Assembly: GCF_009914755.1 (NCBI RefSeq)
Contig: NC_060946.1
Strand: one strand, 5' to 3'
DNA: 64,000 nt
From: the human T2T-CHM13v2.0 reference genome, Homo sapiens
The notes beneath the pieces were generated by a model. It was given only the letters and a program-made list of their open reading frames with translations. It made no database searches and was not told where the DNA came from. Each line of letters opens with the position of its first letter. Position 1 is the stretch's first letter. Made by a program: the position numbers and the translations under genes. Below are positions 46,886-58,200 of the stretch, piece by piece.

Positions 46886-49520
46886 GTAAGTAAATGTCTT
46901 TTCAAAAGAACCCAAGTTTGATTTTCTACTAGGAGAGAGGTTTATTACATTTTAGTTCACAGGGTTATTTGTGGAAGAGTTTTGAGAAGCGCTGCCTGCA
47001 TTTCGCCGCTGACCTCCTGCTGGTTGAAAGCTCGTCCAGCTGAGGAGATGAGCCTGGCAGTGGTCACGTGGTCACAGCAGTGGAAACGCTGCCCACGTTA
47101 TGAGTTATTAGATGTGGCTGTGTGACAAGCTCCCTGCAGAACCTTCCCTGGGGCAGCGTGCCCCTCAGCAGCACGACCCCTGCAGTGTGCGGCTTGTGAC
47201 CTCTGGTCCCTGGAACCCTCTTTACAGCACGTGGACTGTAATGCTTTAGGGACAGGGCTGGGCAAGAAATCACACAGCCTGGGGTGCCTTCCAGCCAGGC
47301 CACTGGAAGCTCTGTGACTGGGGGCACATTGTTCAGCCTCACTAAGCTAGTCCCTGGCGACTTAGCAGGAGAGCCCTCCTCGCATGCCACGCGTCAGAGG
47401 CACGCCCTGCTAGGCTCCGTGCTTGACCTGTGGGACTCCCTGTGGACTAGTGTCCAGCCCCTGACCCACCCCACGTGTTCCTCTGTGAGGCGTCCCGGGC
47501 ACACTGTGGACTGTTGGCCCCTTCATGGGGTGATACCCACTGTTCCCCAAGGTGCGGGCTGGGAAGTCCTTCTGCCCAGTGTTCACCCAGCAGAGGGCTC
47601 TGGGTGCAGCAAGGAAGACCCCAGCAGTGGGAAGCAGACCAGGCTCTGCACCAGCTGGCTGGGGTCAGCCACACTTCACCGCTCTCCCTTCTCGAGGCTC
47701 TCGTCTCTCAGATAAAGGGACGGACCTAGGTCCCCAGGGCAGTGCTCTGCGCAGCTGGCAGCCTGTTGTTCCCCAGCTCTGTGCTTGGCAGAGGCTCCAA
47801 GCATCCCTATTCCTTCCGAGGGCCTTGGGAGGAGCCAGGGACCTCCTGCCGCCCCGCTTCATCTCGGCCCCAGGAGAGACCAGACAGGTGAGGGCCATAC
47901 CGAGGCCAAGAGCTGCCAACAGATCCTGGCCCAGCAGATGGAACCCAGCCCGGGTGTTTGCGGGTGGATGGGACAAGACGCTCCTTCTGCTAACTTAGCT
48001 CCTGCCTTTTTGTCAGTGTGGGGCTCGGTTGTGCCCTGCGGGGAGCATTGAGGCGGTGATTGGCATCTCAATCTCAGACACACGCCTGCCTTGCCTCTCC
48101 CAGCCATGGTCTGTAAGTGAGTAGGGTGCACCTGGCCTGCCCCTCCGCCCGGCTGATGCAAGGCTGCTGGGGCTGGGGCCTCCTGGCCCATCTGGCCCAC
48201 TCGTCACTTTGCACAGGGGAATGTGGAGGCGATAAGAGGGGCCATGACTTGCTGTGTCACCAAGTAAGATGGAATGAATGGGGCCTAGACTGCGGTCTCC
48301 TGGCCAGCCTCCTGCTGTCCTCCACAGTAGGCTCTCCATCTGTGCAGAGAGCAGTGCTGGCTGGGCAGGCAGCAGGCACCCACTGGCCTGGCCACTTACC
48401 TGTAGGGAGAAGGGCCCAGCCTCTCTGGTGCACAGCGGCCACTCCTGGTAGGACGGTGCCCAGAGTGCTTGGTTCCCACCGGCCAGCACACACAACTGTA
48501 TGCTGCCTCCCGGAGAGCCTCCCAGGGGACTTGCTCTCCAAATGAAGGCGGCTGGCTGCCGAGAGTCAGTCACTGGGCTGGCCATGGAGCTTGGATGTTC
48601 CTGCCTCGGTGGTGTCTGTGACTGGCTGGCTGGGGAGCTCTGTTCCCTGGAGGCCCTGGGCAGACATTGCTGCCCTCCTGGGTCAGCCATGCCTGGTGGT
48701 GGGAGGTGGGGTGGGAGAGGACTCGGGGTGTGCCTGAAGCTGCAGGGCACTGTGCTCAGGCCCATGCTAACAACAGACCATGTCTCATCGTCTCCAGAAA
48801 TCACCCTGGGCCCCACTCTGGGCAGACTCTAAGCCACACATATGCGAGGAATGGACCCTGAGCACATTCTGGTTGGGGAGAGAGAACAGTAAAGAAATGA
48901 TTGACCTTCAGCAAAAGGCTGTGCCTCCATTGACGACTCCATTTCTTCTGTCTGCTCCCAAATAGGGACAGTGTCACAAGGTGGCTCGAGGCAGACCAGA
49001 CACACACTGGCCGTGGGAGCTTGTGGGCGGGGTTTCTTCCTGTTGTGAATACGTGCAGAAGTGTCACTCCGGCCCTGGAGGCTGAAGCAGGCCATGAGCC
49101 CCTCAGGGTGAAGGACAGGAGATAGGGACAGCTGTGGATGCCAGGGTACCTGAGCTAGGTCTGGGGGAGGTGGGTCATGAGAGGGTGGTGTTGGGTGGGC
49201 AGTGGGCCTCCTACCACCCTGTCATGTGGTGGTCCCATCCAGGGGCCACTGGCAGGGGCAGACTTGGACCAAGAAACGGAATTGATGGCAGCCTTGACAG
49301 ATGCAAATGACAAGGTGCCCTCATTCCTCACCCTGCCGCAGCTCATTGGGCTTTTCTGTGAGGGATACATTGTGTTTGCTGTTGGGCCGGAGACATTGCT
49401 CTGCTGCTATTAGAGGGTGCAGCGTGGGCAGCTGATTAAAATGTTTGGCCAGCCTTCTCTGAGCCCGGCCTACTTAACTTGAGATGAAGGGAGGACAGGA
49501 GTCAGGCAAAGCCACACGGC

Positions 49521-49570
49521 CAGGGTGTGGGGTGTGGGGTGTGGGGTGTGGGGTGCAGGGTGTGGGGTGG
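49521..49570. repeat. (GGGGTGT)n repeat, G-quadruplex-capable
   Basis: agggtgtggggtgtggggtgtggggtgtggggtgcagggtgtggggtgg. Confidence 0.9.
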
Positions 49571-49699
49571 AGTGCAGACTCTGAGAGCCTGTGGGGCCCC
49601 TGTGACTTGAGTGGGGAACCGGGAGGAGGCGCTGGCAGAGGAGCCATGAGATTGATTTTCTTCCTTTAGAGGAAGAGGAAGTTGGTTCTTTGATGCCAT

Positions 49700-49759
49700 A
49701 GGGGTTGGATGGAGAGAATGCTGTGAGTGAGGGGTTGGATGGAGAGAATGCTGTGAGTG
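49700..49759. repeat. Perfect 30-bp tandem duplication
   Basis: aggggttggatggagagaatgctgtgagtg occurs twice in tandem. Confidence 0.95.
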
Positions 49760-50310
49760 CCACAATGTGTTGTGGGCACTGAACCCAATGGGAAAGGAGG
49801 TGAGAAACAGAAGTTACAAACCTGAGGAGTCCTGGTGAGCACGGGGAATGTGTGTGTGCAGTTGTGACATTTTAGGAAGACGCTTCCGCATCCATGGGAG
49901 GCCACCTGAGCGAGTAGGGCCCAGAACATGATTCCCCAACAGTGGAACGTTGGTGGAAAGCGGCTTTAAAAGCCCTCATTTGTTGCAGCCTTGTGATTTG
50001 TCCCTTGGGAAATGATGTGTGGCTTTAAGTCATTTTTCCACAGGAACAGAATCCTTTTCTGATTCCCAGAAGAAAGGCAGAGACCCTCCTGTTGTTAAAC
50101 AGCAGAGCCAAGCAGTTCAGGGGCCAGGGAGGGGGCGATGGGTCACGCTGCCCCTTAATTCCCAAAAACTTGGGCAGGCGGGGAAGGTGAGGGCGCTGCC
50201 TGTGTCCTAGGTCCCCTTGGCCTTTGAGCCTCATGCGGGCATGGTTTGCTTCCTTGCCATCTGTGAGCCACCTCCAGGGCCTGCTGGGCAGGGCTCGGGG
50301 AGCAGGGAGT

Positions 50311-50357
50311 GGTGGGGCGGGGCGGGGCGGGGTGAGGTGAGGTGGGGCGGAGAGGGG
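50311..50357. promoter_or_regulatory. GC-box (Sp/KLF) cluster, G4-capable
   Basis: ggtggggcggggcggggcggggtgaggtgaggtggggcggagagggg. Motif evidence only. Confidence 0.35.
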
Positions 50358-51395
50358 CACAGCTGGGATTGGTGCTGCACTCTGGGCCTCCTGGCCCCTG
50401 GATGGCGGCACCTTCTGGAGTGAACGTTGGCCCTGTCCTGAGCGCTGGGCCCCAGGAGGTGTGTGCTTCTCTGGAGGATTTGCCACCTCCCCTGCCAGAG
50501 CTTGCTGGTCCTCAGGAAGGGTGGTTGCCCTCAGGCACATGCCCCATGCCATCTGCATTGCTAATCCGCAGGCTATATGTATGTGGCTCCACAGCCCTGC
50601 CCTGGGCGTTTCCTAATGCCCCCCACCACCCCACCCCCGGCTCCACATGTTGATGTCCAGTGGGGCCTCTCCGCTGAGCCCTGCCCCGCCCCTTTAGCCA
50701 CTGAGATTCAAGCCTCAGCCCTCACAGCATGGACTGTGCCTTCCATCTGCCACTCTCCCACCAGACTTTCGTAGGGTCTTGGGGGTGAAAGGAGCATGCT
50801 TGTGTGGAAAGTTGTGTGTCCCGCAGTGCCCGCTTGGTGCCCTCTACCCCGTCCTTGCCCTCTGTGGGTCATTTTACAGTAAGAGGACACTGGGGCCCAG
50901 CAGGGGTGAGGCGAGCAGGGACCCTGCTTTCCCTTGGGATCCGCTGTCCCCTCTGTTAGGAACCTGCCACCCGCCCCTGCTGATTGGGCCTGCAGACCCT
51001 CCTCAGGCACACGTGGCACGGTGAGTGCTAGAAAGGCCAGCTCCAGCATGTCATGACCCACGCGGAAACCTTCTGTGGCCCCCACTGCTGGGACACGAGC
51101 GCAAAACCAGAACTGAGCCATGTCCTGTGCCCATTCTGACCGGCTGGGGGTGTAGTTTAAGTGCCTGATGTCGGCATTACTGGGATCTTTTCCTGATTAA
51201 TAAGCACGGCATTGTAAAATTAGAAAATAAGCTATCCCGGAAAATCTTCATTTATCCATTTTACCCCCCAAGTCTAAACCTCTCAGTTTGGCTTCCCAGG
51301 GGACTGGGGGTCCAACTGCTAAACGCCCTGCAGGCCGCCCTCTCCCCGCCGGCCCCCATCCTCGCCAGCTTCCCCTCCTTGGAGCCCCACTGCCC

Positions 51396-51869
51396 TCACC
51401 CTGGGCTTGGCTGAGAGGGGGCCGCCCACGCGGGATCGATTGTGCTCTGCCAGCTTCCAGGAGTGCCCACCAGAAGTGGGAATGCCTTGTGAGGCTGGAA
51501 GCTCCACCACCTGCCAGGAGCTGGGACCGTTGTTTTTAATTTTAAAGTAAGCAAGCTGCTTAGACACAGTGGGGACGGCAGTTGGCAGAGTTGTTTTTCT
51601 AAGTAGAAAAAGCAGTTAATTTTATGGTGAACAGAGTGTGGCACCTCCATGAAGTCAGGAACCTCCTCTGAGGAGGCCTCGGCAGCTGAGAGGTCTGTAA
51701 ATGTCTGATCAGTGAGTGCGCCACTGCCTGATGTTGATGCGTGGACAGCCTCGTTGGGAGAAGCAGCTTCCTCCAGCATGGTGGCTGCCTGCCTTGGGAG
51801 GCTGGTGCAGGCGGCGAGGAGGCACCAGAGCGGCATCGTGGAAGGCTGGGGCCCTTGCTCTGGAAGCAT
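51396..51869 (-). CDS. Antisense single-exon 157-aa ORF, recalled as uncharacterized predicted secreted protein UNQ6126/PRO20091 (LPEQ6126); protein existence doubtful
   Basis: Real ATG (cat at 51867-51869) with A at -3, in non-repetitive sequence, with a short hydrophobic N-terminal segment (PLWCLLAAC). The identity is from memory of the N-terminus MLPEQ and the 157-aa length and has not been verified. Confidence 0.4.
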   Translation of the reverse strand: MLPEQGPQPSTMPLWCLLAACTSLPRQAATMLEEAASPNEAVHASTSGSGALTDQTFTDLSAAEASSEEVPDFMEVPHSVHHKINCFFYLEKQLCQLPSPLCLSSLLTLKLKTTVPAPGRWWSFQPHKAFPLLVGTPGSWQSTIDPAWAAPSQPSPG

Positions 51870-52560
51870 GCTCCGGGCAGTCTGTGGCCGCCTGGCCCTG
51901 GGCCCTGCATCTCTGTGGGAGCCCCAGCTGCTGGATGGGCTGCATGGGAAGGACCAGCAGGTGCCAGCCCGAGCTGCCCAGCCTGGGAGCCTTCACCTTT
52001 GTCCCCTTTGGCTCTGGGACTGAGTTGTGTGAATCTGCCAGCTGCTCAGTGGGGAAGCCAAACACACACAGGTGTGTGCAGTGCCTAGGTTGAGGGGCTC
52101 AGTCTGGCTTTGTGACCGTGGGCTTCACAGCCTCAGCTGGTCTGTTCATTCCTTCATTGAATGCCCCTGGAACCCTCGCCCTGAGCCAGGCCCTGTGCTG
52201 TCAGGTTCTGCTCTCAAGGGGCAGGGCGAGTCGGGAGGGGCAGGTGCATGAAGGGACTGCTCTGCGGGGGTCGGCAGGTGGGCAGGGACCAGGGAATAGA
52301 AGTGATAGATGGGGGAGAGGGGAGCCAGTTGGGGAGCGAGGCAAAGAGAGGATGGGGTGGCCTTCCCGTAACAGTGGATTTGTAACAGCCTGCTCTGCAA
52401 TGTGAAGTGATTTGGTGAACTTGGCGCCGCGGGTGGATTGGCAGCTAGAATATAAGCAGCCATGAGCAATATGAAAAGACGAGCAGGGACGGGGCAGGAT
52501 GGCGCATGGAGGAAGCAGGAAAAATTGTGTCCTCGGATTTCAAGAAGAAAACACTGGGTA

Positions 52561-52870
52561 GAGCAGGGAGTCACTCCACACCGTGGCATCGAGCAGGGAG
52601 AGTCACCCCACACCGTGGCATCGAGCAGGGAGAGTCACCCCACACCGTGGCATCGAGCAGGGAGAGTCACCCCACACCGTGGCATCGAGCAGGGAGAGTC
52701 ACCCCACACCGTGGCATCGAGCAGGGAGAGTCACCCCACACCGTGGCATCGAGCAGGGAGAGTCACCCCACACCGTGGCATCGAGCAGGGAGAGTCACCC
52801 CACACCGTGGCATCGAGCAGGGAGAGTCACCCCACACCGTGGCATCGAGCAGGGAGAGTCACCCCACACC
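52561..52870. repeat. Near-perfect 32-bp VNTR, about 9.7 copies
   Basis: Unit gagcagggagagtcaccccacaccgtggcatc. Copies start at 52591+32n, preceded by a 30-bp variant. Confidence 0.98.
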
Positions 52871-53102
52871 TTGGCCTTCTCCCAACAAGGGTCTGGCAGC
52901 GGCCGCAGGAGCGAGGAAAGCAGGACGCTCCCGGGAGCACAGGAGCCCAGCGCCAGCTTCGTCGGAAACCTCCTTGTAGAGGCTGTGATCTGTGCACTTT
53001 CCTGTCTTTGTATTAAACTTGAATTTAAAACTGTATAAAACATACAAAGATATTCAGTGAAGCAACCATAGGAGGAAAGTTTAAGCATATTTAGTTGGAT
53101 TA

Positions 53103-53525
<423 letters not shown>

Positions 53526-54142
53526 TTACAAAAAGTAATCACCCAACCTAGGCCATAAACATTTCCAAAATAAAAAAACAGCAATGACATAAACTTTGTT
53601 CACTGAGCATAATACTTTAAAATTAGATCATAATAAAGTTAAAATGAAAAACCAAGCATTTGGATGTTAAAGAACCCCCTTCAAAATAATGTGGGTCACA
53701 GTGGAAATGACCCTGTAATTACAGAAGGATGTTCAAAAGCACAAGGAATGTGCCAGTGCTGGGCTTGCAAACAGATTCAAAGATGCAATGCTTTTATTAA
53801 TTAAAAATATTAAAACAAGTAAACTAAGCCTTTAACCAAGAAGTTAAAAATAGAAAAATAAAGACAACTTATGATAAAGACAATAAAAGAATGAATGAGT
53901 AAAAGCAAATGAATAGATTAGAAGACAGGGTTTTTATGTAGAATTCCTAAGTACATCTTAGAGGGGCAGTTGGAAATGTTAGTGAAATAGGCAGACCTCC
54001 AGCAAGGAGGACCGAGATAGATGGCTGAAAACATAGTCCTCCTCTGTGTTAGGAAAGAGGAATTTACACACACACACACACACACACACATTTAAAAAAT
54101 GCTAAACTTGCCTCAAGATAAGCTTTAAAAAAAGCCCAACCT

Positions 54143-54492
<350 letters not shown>

Positions 54493-54722
54493 TTAAATAT
54501 GATTCTAAGGCCAGAAAATGTCTTCCTAGTAAATTTGTTCAGTTTCAAAAATCCTTATGCTGTGTGACCTGCCCCGCTGGAAAGAAGCAGCAGGCTTGGC
54601 ACTCCGTCTCACAGAGCTGGCCACCCGGACACATGGCTCCCAGCACCCTGTCTCAGCTGAATCATCAGTGACTTCTGTGCAGGATCCCACATCTGCCAGT
54701 TTCTCTCTCCACATATATGGAG

Positions 54723-55270
54723 TGTCTTAGTCCATTCCTGCTGTTATAACAAACTACCTTAGACTGGGTAATTTTTTTTTTTTTTTTGAGACGAAGTCTC
54801 ACACTGTCACCCGGGCTGGTGTACAGTGGGGCGATCTCGGCTCGCTGCAGCCTCCACCTCCCGGGTTCAAGTGATTCTCCTGCCTCAGCCTCCTGAGTAG
54901 CTGGGACTACAGGCACGTGGCAGCACGCCCGGCTAATTTTTGTATTTTTAGTAGAGACAGGGTTTCACTATGTTGGCCAGGCTGGTCTCGAACTCCTGAC
55001 CTCGTAATCCGCCCGCCTCAGCCTCCCAAAATGCTGGGATTACAGGCATGAGCCATCGTGCCAGGCCTAGACTGGGTAATTTATAAACAATGGAAATGTA
55101 TTTCTCACTGTTCTGGAGACTGGAAGTTCAAGATCAAGGCGTCGGCCTCTGGTGTCTGTCCAGGGCGCCTCGTTACTGCATCCTTATGTGGTGGAAGGTA
55201 GGAGGGCAAGAGGGCTGGGCGCTCCCATCAGCCTCCTTCACGGCACCCATCCCATTCATGAGGCCTGCCT
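54723..55270 (-). mobile_element. MaLR LTR (MST/MLT1A-like) split by an Alu
   Basis: tgtcttagtccattcctgctgttataacaaactaccttagactgggtaatt ... tttctcactgttctggagactggaagttcaagatcaagg. Confidence 0.85.
54774..55067 (-). mobile_element. Alu (AluSg-like) with 15-bp TSD
   Basis: TSD tagactgggtaattt at 54759-54773 and 55068-55082. Confidence 0.96.
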
Positions 55271-58200
55271 TCATCAATATTATAAAATAAAAAATATCCC
55301 ATAAAAATACCACTGGAATGTAGCCATGCTCCTGGATGCCAGCCTAGAGTTAGCCTCAGAGATCAGGCCAGCACACCTGTAACTCTGTCCGGCTTGCACT
55401 ATTAATAAAAATATCCTATCAATAAACCAGAGGCCCTCAATCCCATGATACCTTAAGAGATTCAGTAGCTTTTCCTGAGTTTAATGAAAAGAAAAAAACT
55501 TCTGCCCTTAAGTAGAACTAAAATTAATACTTTATTAACATGCTAAGAACATTTTAAATCAACAACCACCAGTACCTAGGGAAATGCTAGAGACAGCCCC
55601 ACTGAGATCAGGACGATTTCTTCTGTTTTTGTAACATGATGAACAAATGTTCAGCGAAGGCTCCTTGTCCTCTCCCCATACAGTCTGCATGCACACACAC
55701 ACGCACACACAACATGGATATTAACAAAATGCTTTTTAAGTTCATGGGCTCTTGAGAAGAGTAAGCCAGCCCTAGAACTAGTGTTTGCCCTGAAGGTGTC
55801 TGCTGCTTCCTGCTCTGGGACCAGGTCCCCAGTGTAAGCAGCCTGGCAGAGGGCAGGGTAGAAGGCCTGGGGCTGGAGCAGGTGGATGTGAGTCAGAGAC
55901 CCTTTGCCTACGTCAGGACCCCTGAACCCAAGCAAGTGAACCAGGACAGACAGACAAAATGGCCCTTGTAGGTTCATGCTTGCCTGAGGCTTAGCTCTGA
56001 AGGGAAGAGGAATAAAAGCAGGTCTCCTCTGAAAATTCCTGACCCCAGCTCACCCTTTCACTCATTTAGGTCTAGAAGTTACTTTACTTTTATGTCTGAA
56101 AAACCCTATGCTAACAAGTTAACTTAATATGGCCAGAGAGCCCCAGGTGCCTAGCCCAAGAAAATGCCAGTTCACTCTAGAGTGGCACGTTTTAAGCACA
56201 ACATAGAAGTTGGAAATATCCGTCTACCAGAAACATCATAAACAAAATTCAAAGGCAGTTGACAAAGTTCTTCATTCACAACGTAGCTTATATCCTTAAT
56301 ATGCAGAGAACTCACACAAATAACTAATAAAAAGAAAATGTCCTCATAGAAAATGGATGAGGACAATCGGAACAGTCAGAAACCCACATGAGAATTTATG
56401 TAGCTATCCAGAAAATGTAAGTGTTTCTTCCAATCATTAGTAAAGAATCGAAAATGGAAGCAAATGCTCTCTCAAATAAGCACCGCTTTTAGCGAGGGGC
56501 CTCCTGGAAGTGGATGAAGTTGGCGTAAAGCAGGCATGCTGTTTCATTCTGATGAGGGGTGTGATACACAGCGTTTCTGCAGAGCTATTAATAATTTATA
56601 TCAAGAGCCTTTCCTCGATCCAGTAATTCTCCTTGTTTATAATTATGGAAAAACAAATTGGCAGCAGCCTGCATATCCAGCTCTCGGGGTACAGTTACCT
56701 AAGTTATGGTACATGGCTGGTTATAATGTTTCATAACTACCAAAAATTACATCTTCAAGTAATATTTACTGAAACGAGCAAATGTTTTCATTGCGTTTCT
56801 ATGTGGAGGAAAAGCATGACCTGAAATTGTATATATCGACATATGTAATACAGATAAAAATGATCCCAGATTTGCTTCTATTCCACGCGTGGACAGAAAG
56901 ACCGAACAGAAACAAACCACGGTGCTAGCCTGACTTAGTTTTCATTAGTAGAGTTATGGATATTTTATTTTCTTGTTTGAAAAAAAATTTTTTTTTTTTT
57001 GTATTTTGCATGTTCTTTTCAATATGTGTAAACATGGTTTTCTCACTAGGGTTAATTCCCACGTTAAGGATGGTTGTGGGGATTCGGCTGCTTTGTGAGG
57101 TTCGTGGCTTGGAGCTGGAGCTCAGAATGCTGGGCTCTGGGTTCTCTGCCCTTCTTCTAGGATGTCGCACTGCGCCCGCCCCTCGGGTGTCCTGCCGTGC
57201 CTGCCCCTCAGGTGTCCCCACCGCATCCAGCCTTGAGGTGTCCTGCCATGTCCATCCCTCAGATGTCCCCTCAGCTCGCTGACATGCACATGTGCAAACA
57301 CATCACTCAACACAGAGCACACAGGCCCATGGCCCTCAAGGCAAGAGGCGTGCCCTGCTCGTCTGGTGGAGACTTAGTTAGCAGATGCTTCCCTGGTAAC
57401 ACATGAGGGGCACTGGGGATGAGGAGCTGGGGATGAGAGTGTGAGAGGGTCAGAGGGGCTGTGGGAAGAGAGAGGTGGGTGGACTCTGCAGGTCACCCCA
57501 GCTCCTAGGCTGCACAAAGTGCCATTGAGGCTGGCTGTGCATTCCCTTTGGCTGAGCCACCATGACGAGGTTTCCCGAACTGCCCTGTACTGCCTGTAGA
57601 TGACATAAGGGCCACATTTCATTCATGGGCCTGGGCTTCTTTCCAGGGTCCTCAGTGTCCCATCACAGAGGAGGGGGTGAGTGTGGTCATTTCTGAGTAA
57701 CCTGTGAGGATCTGTGTGCACAGTGGACCAAATTCCAGTCCGTGACCTTTGAGCCCCTCCAAGCTGGCCACCTGGTCCCCTGGGCCCAGCCCCTACTTGG
57801 AGGTGGTCTCAGCCCATGTATGGCCACCTGATGAGTCTGGAAGTCACCCACTGCCCCTTAGGAGGCCGCCCTAAATGCTACTAGCCTCAGACTTCAGGGA
57901 TCTTTGATAAGGAGATAAGCAATAAAGACATCACAGGTTCTCTTGGGCATCTGTGATTTACAGAGTAGGAAAGACAACAGCAGCAAAAGCCCTGTGCTCT
58001 GCAGAGACCCAGGCAGGCTTCACTGCGCAGAAGCAGTGGCGAGGCATCCCTCCTCACCCGTCCCCTGGCCTCGGAAGCTGGTGCCAGGGTGTGCCCAGCC
58101 TCTCTGGCTGTAGACCCCTGGAGTCCCTTTCATTTGCTTCATGAGAGGCCTCAAAGCAAATACTCCTTAGCTCGAGCCTTGGCCTATTTGGACTTTGGGG

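Noticed and set aside
47284-48832. Multiple overlapping 100-267-aa ORFs just downstream of the exon (similar ones at 59.3-60.7 kb)
   Set aside because: Expected in GC-rich DNA. They occur on both strands and resemble no known domain or the TBC1D22A terminal exon.
52462-53038. Three overlapping + strand ORFs through the 32-bp VNTR, one with a good Kozak ATG at 52462
   Set aside because: All three frames are open because the unit has no stop codon. The TATAAG motif is too close to the ATG to define its TSS.
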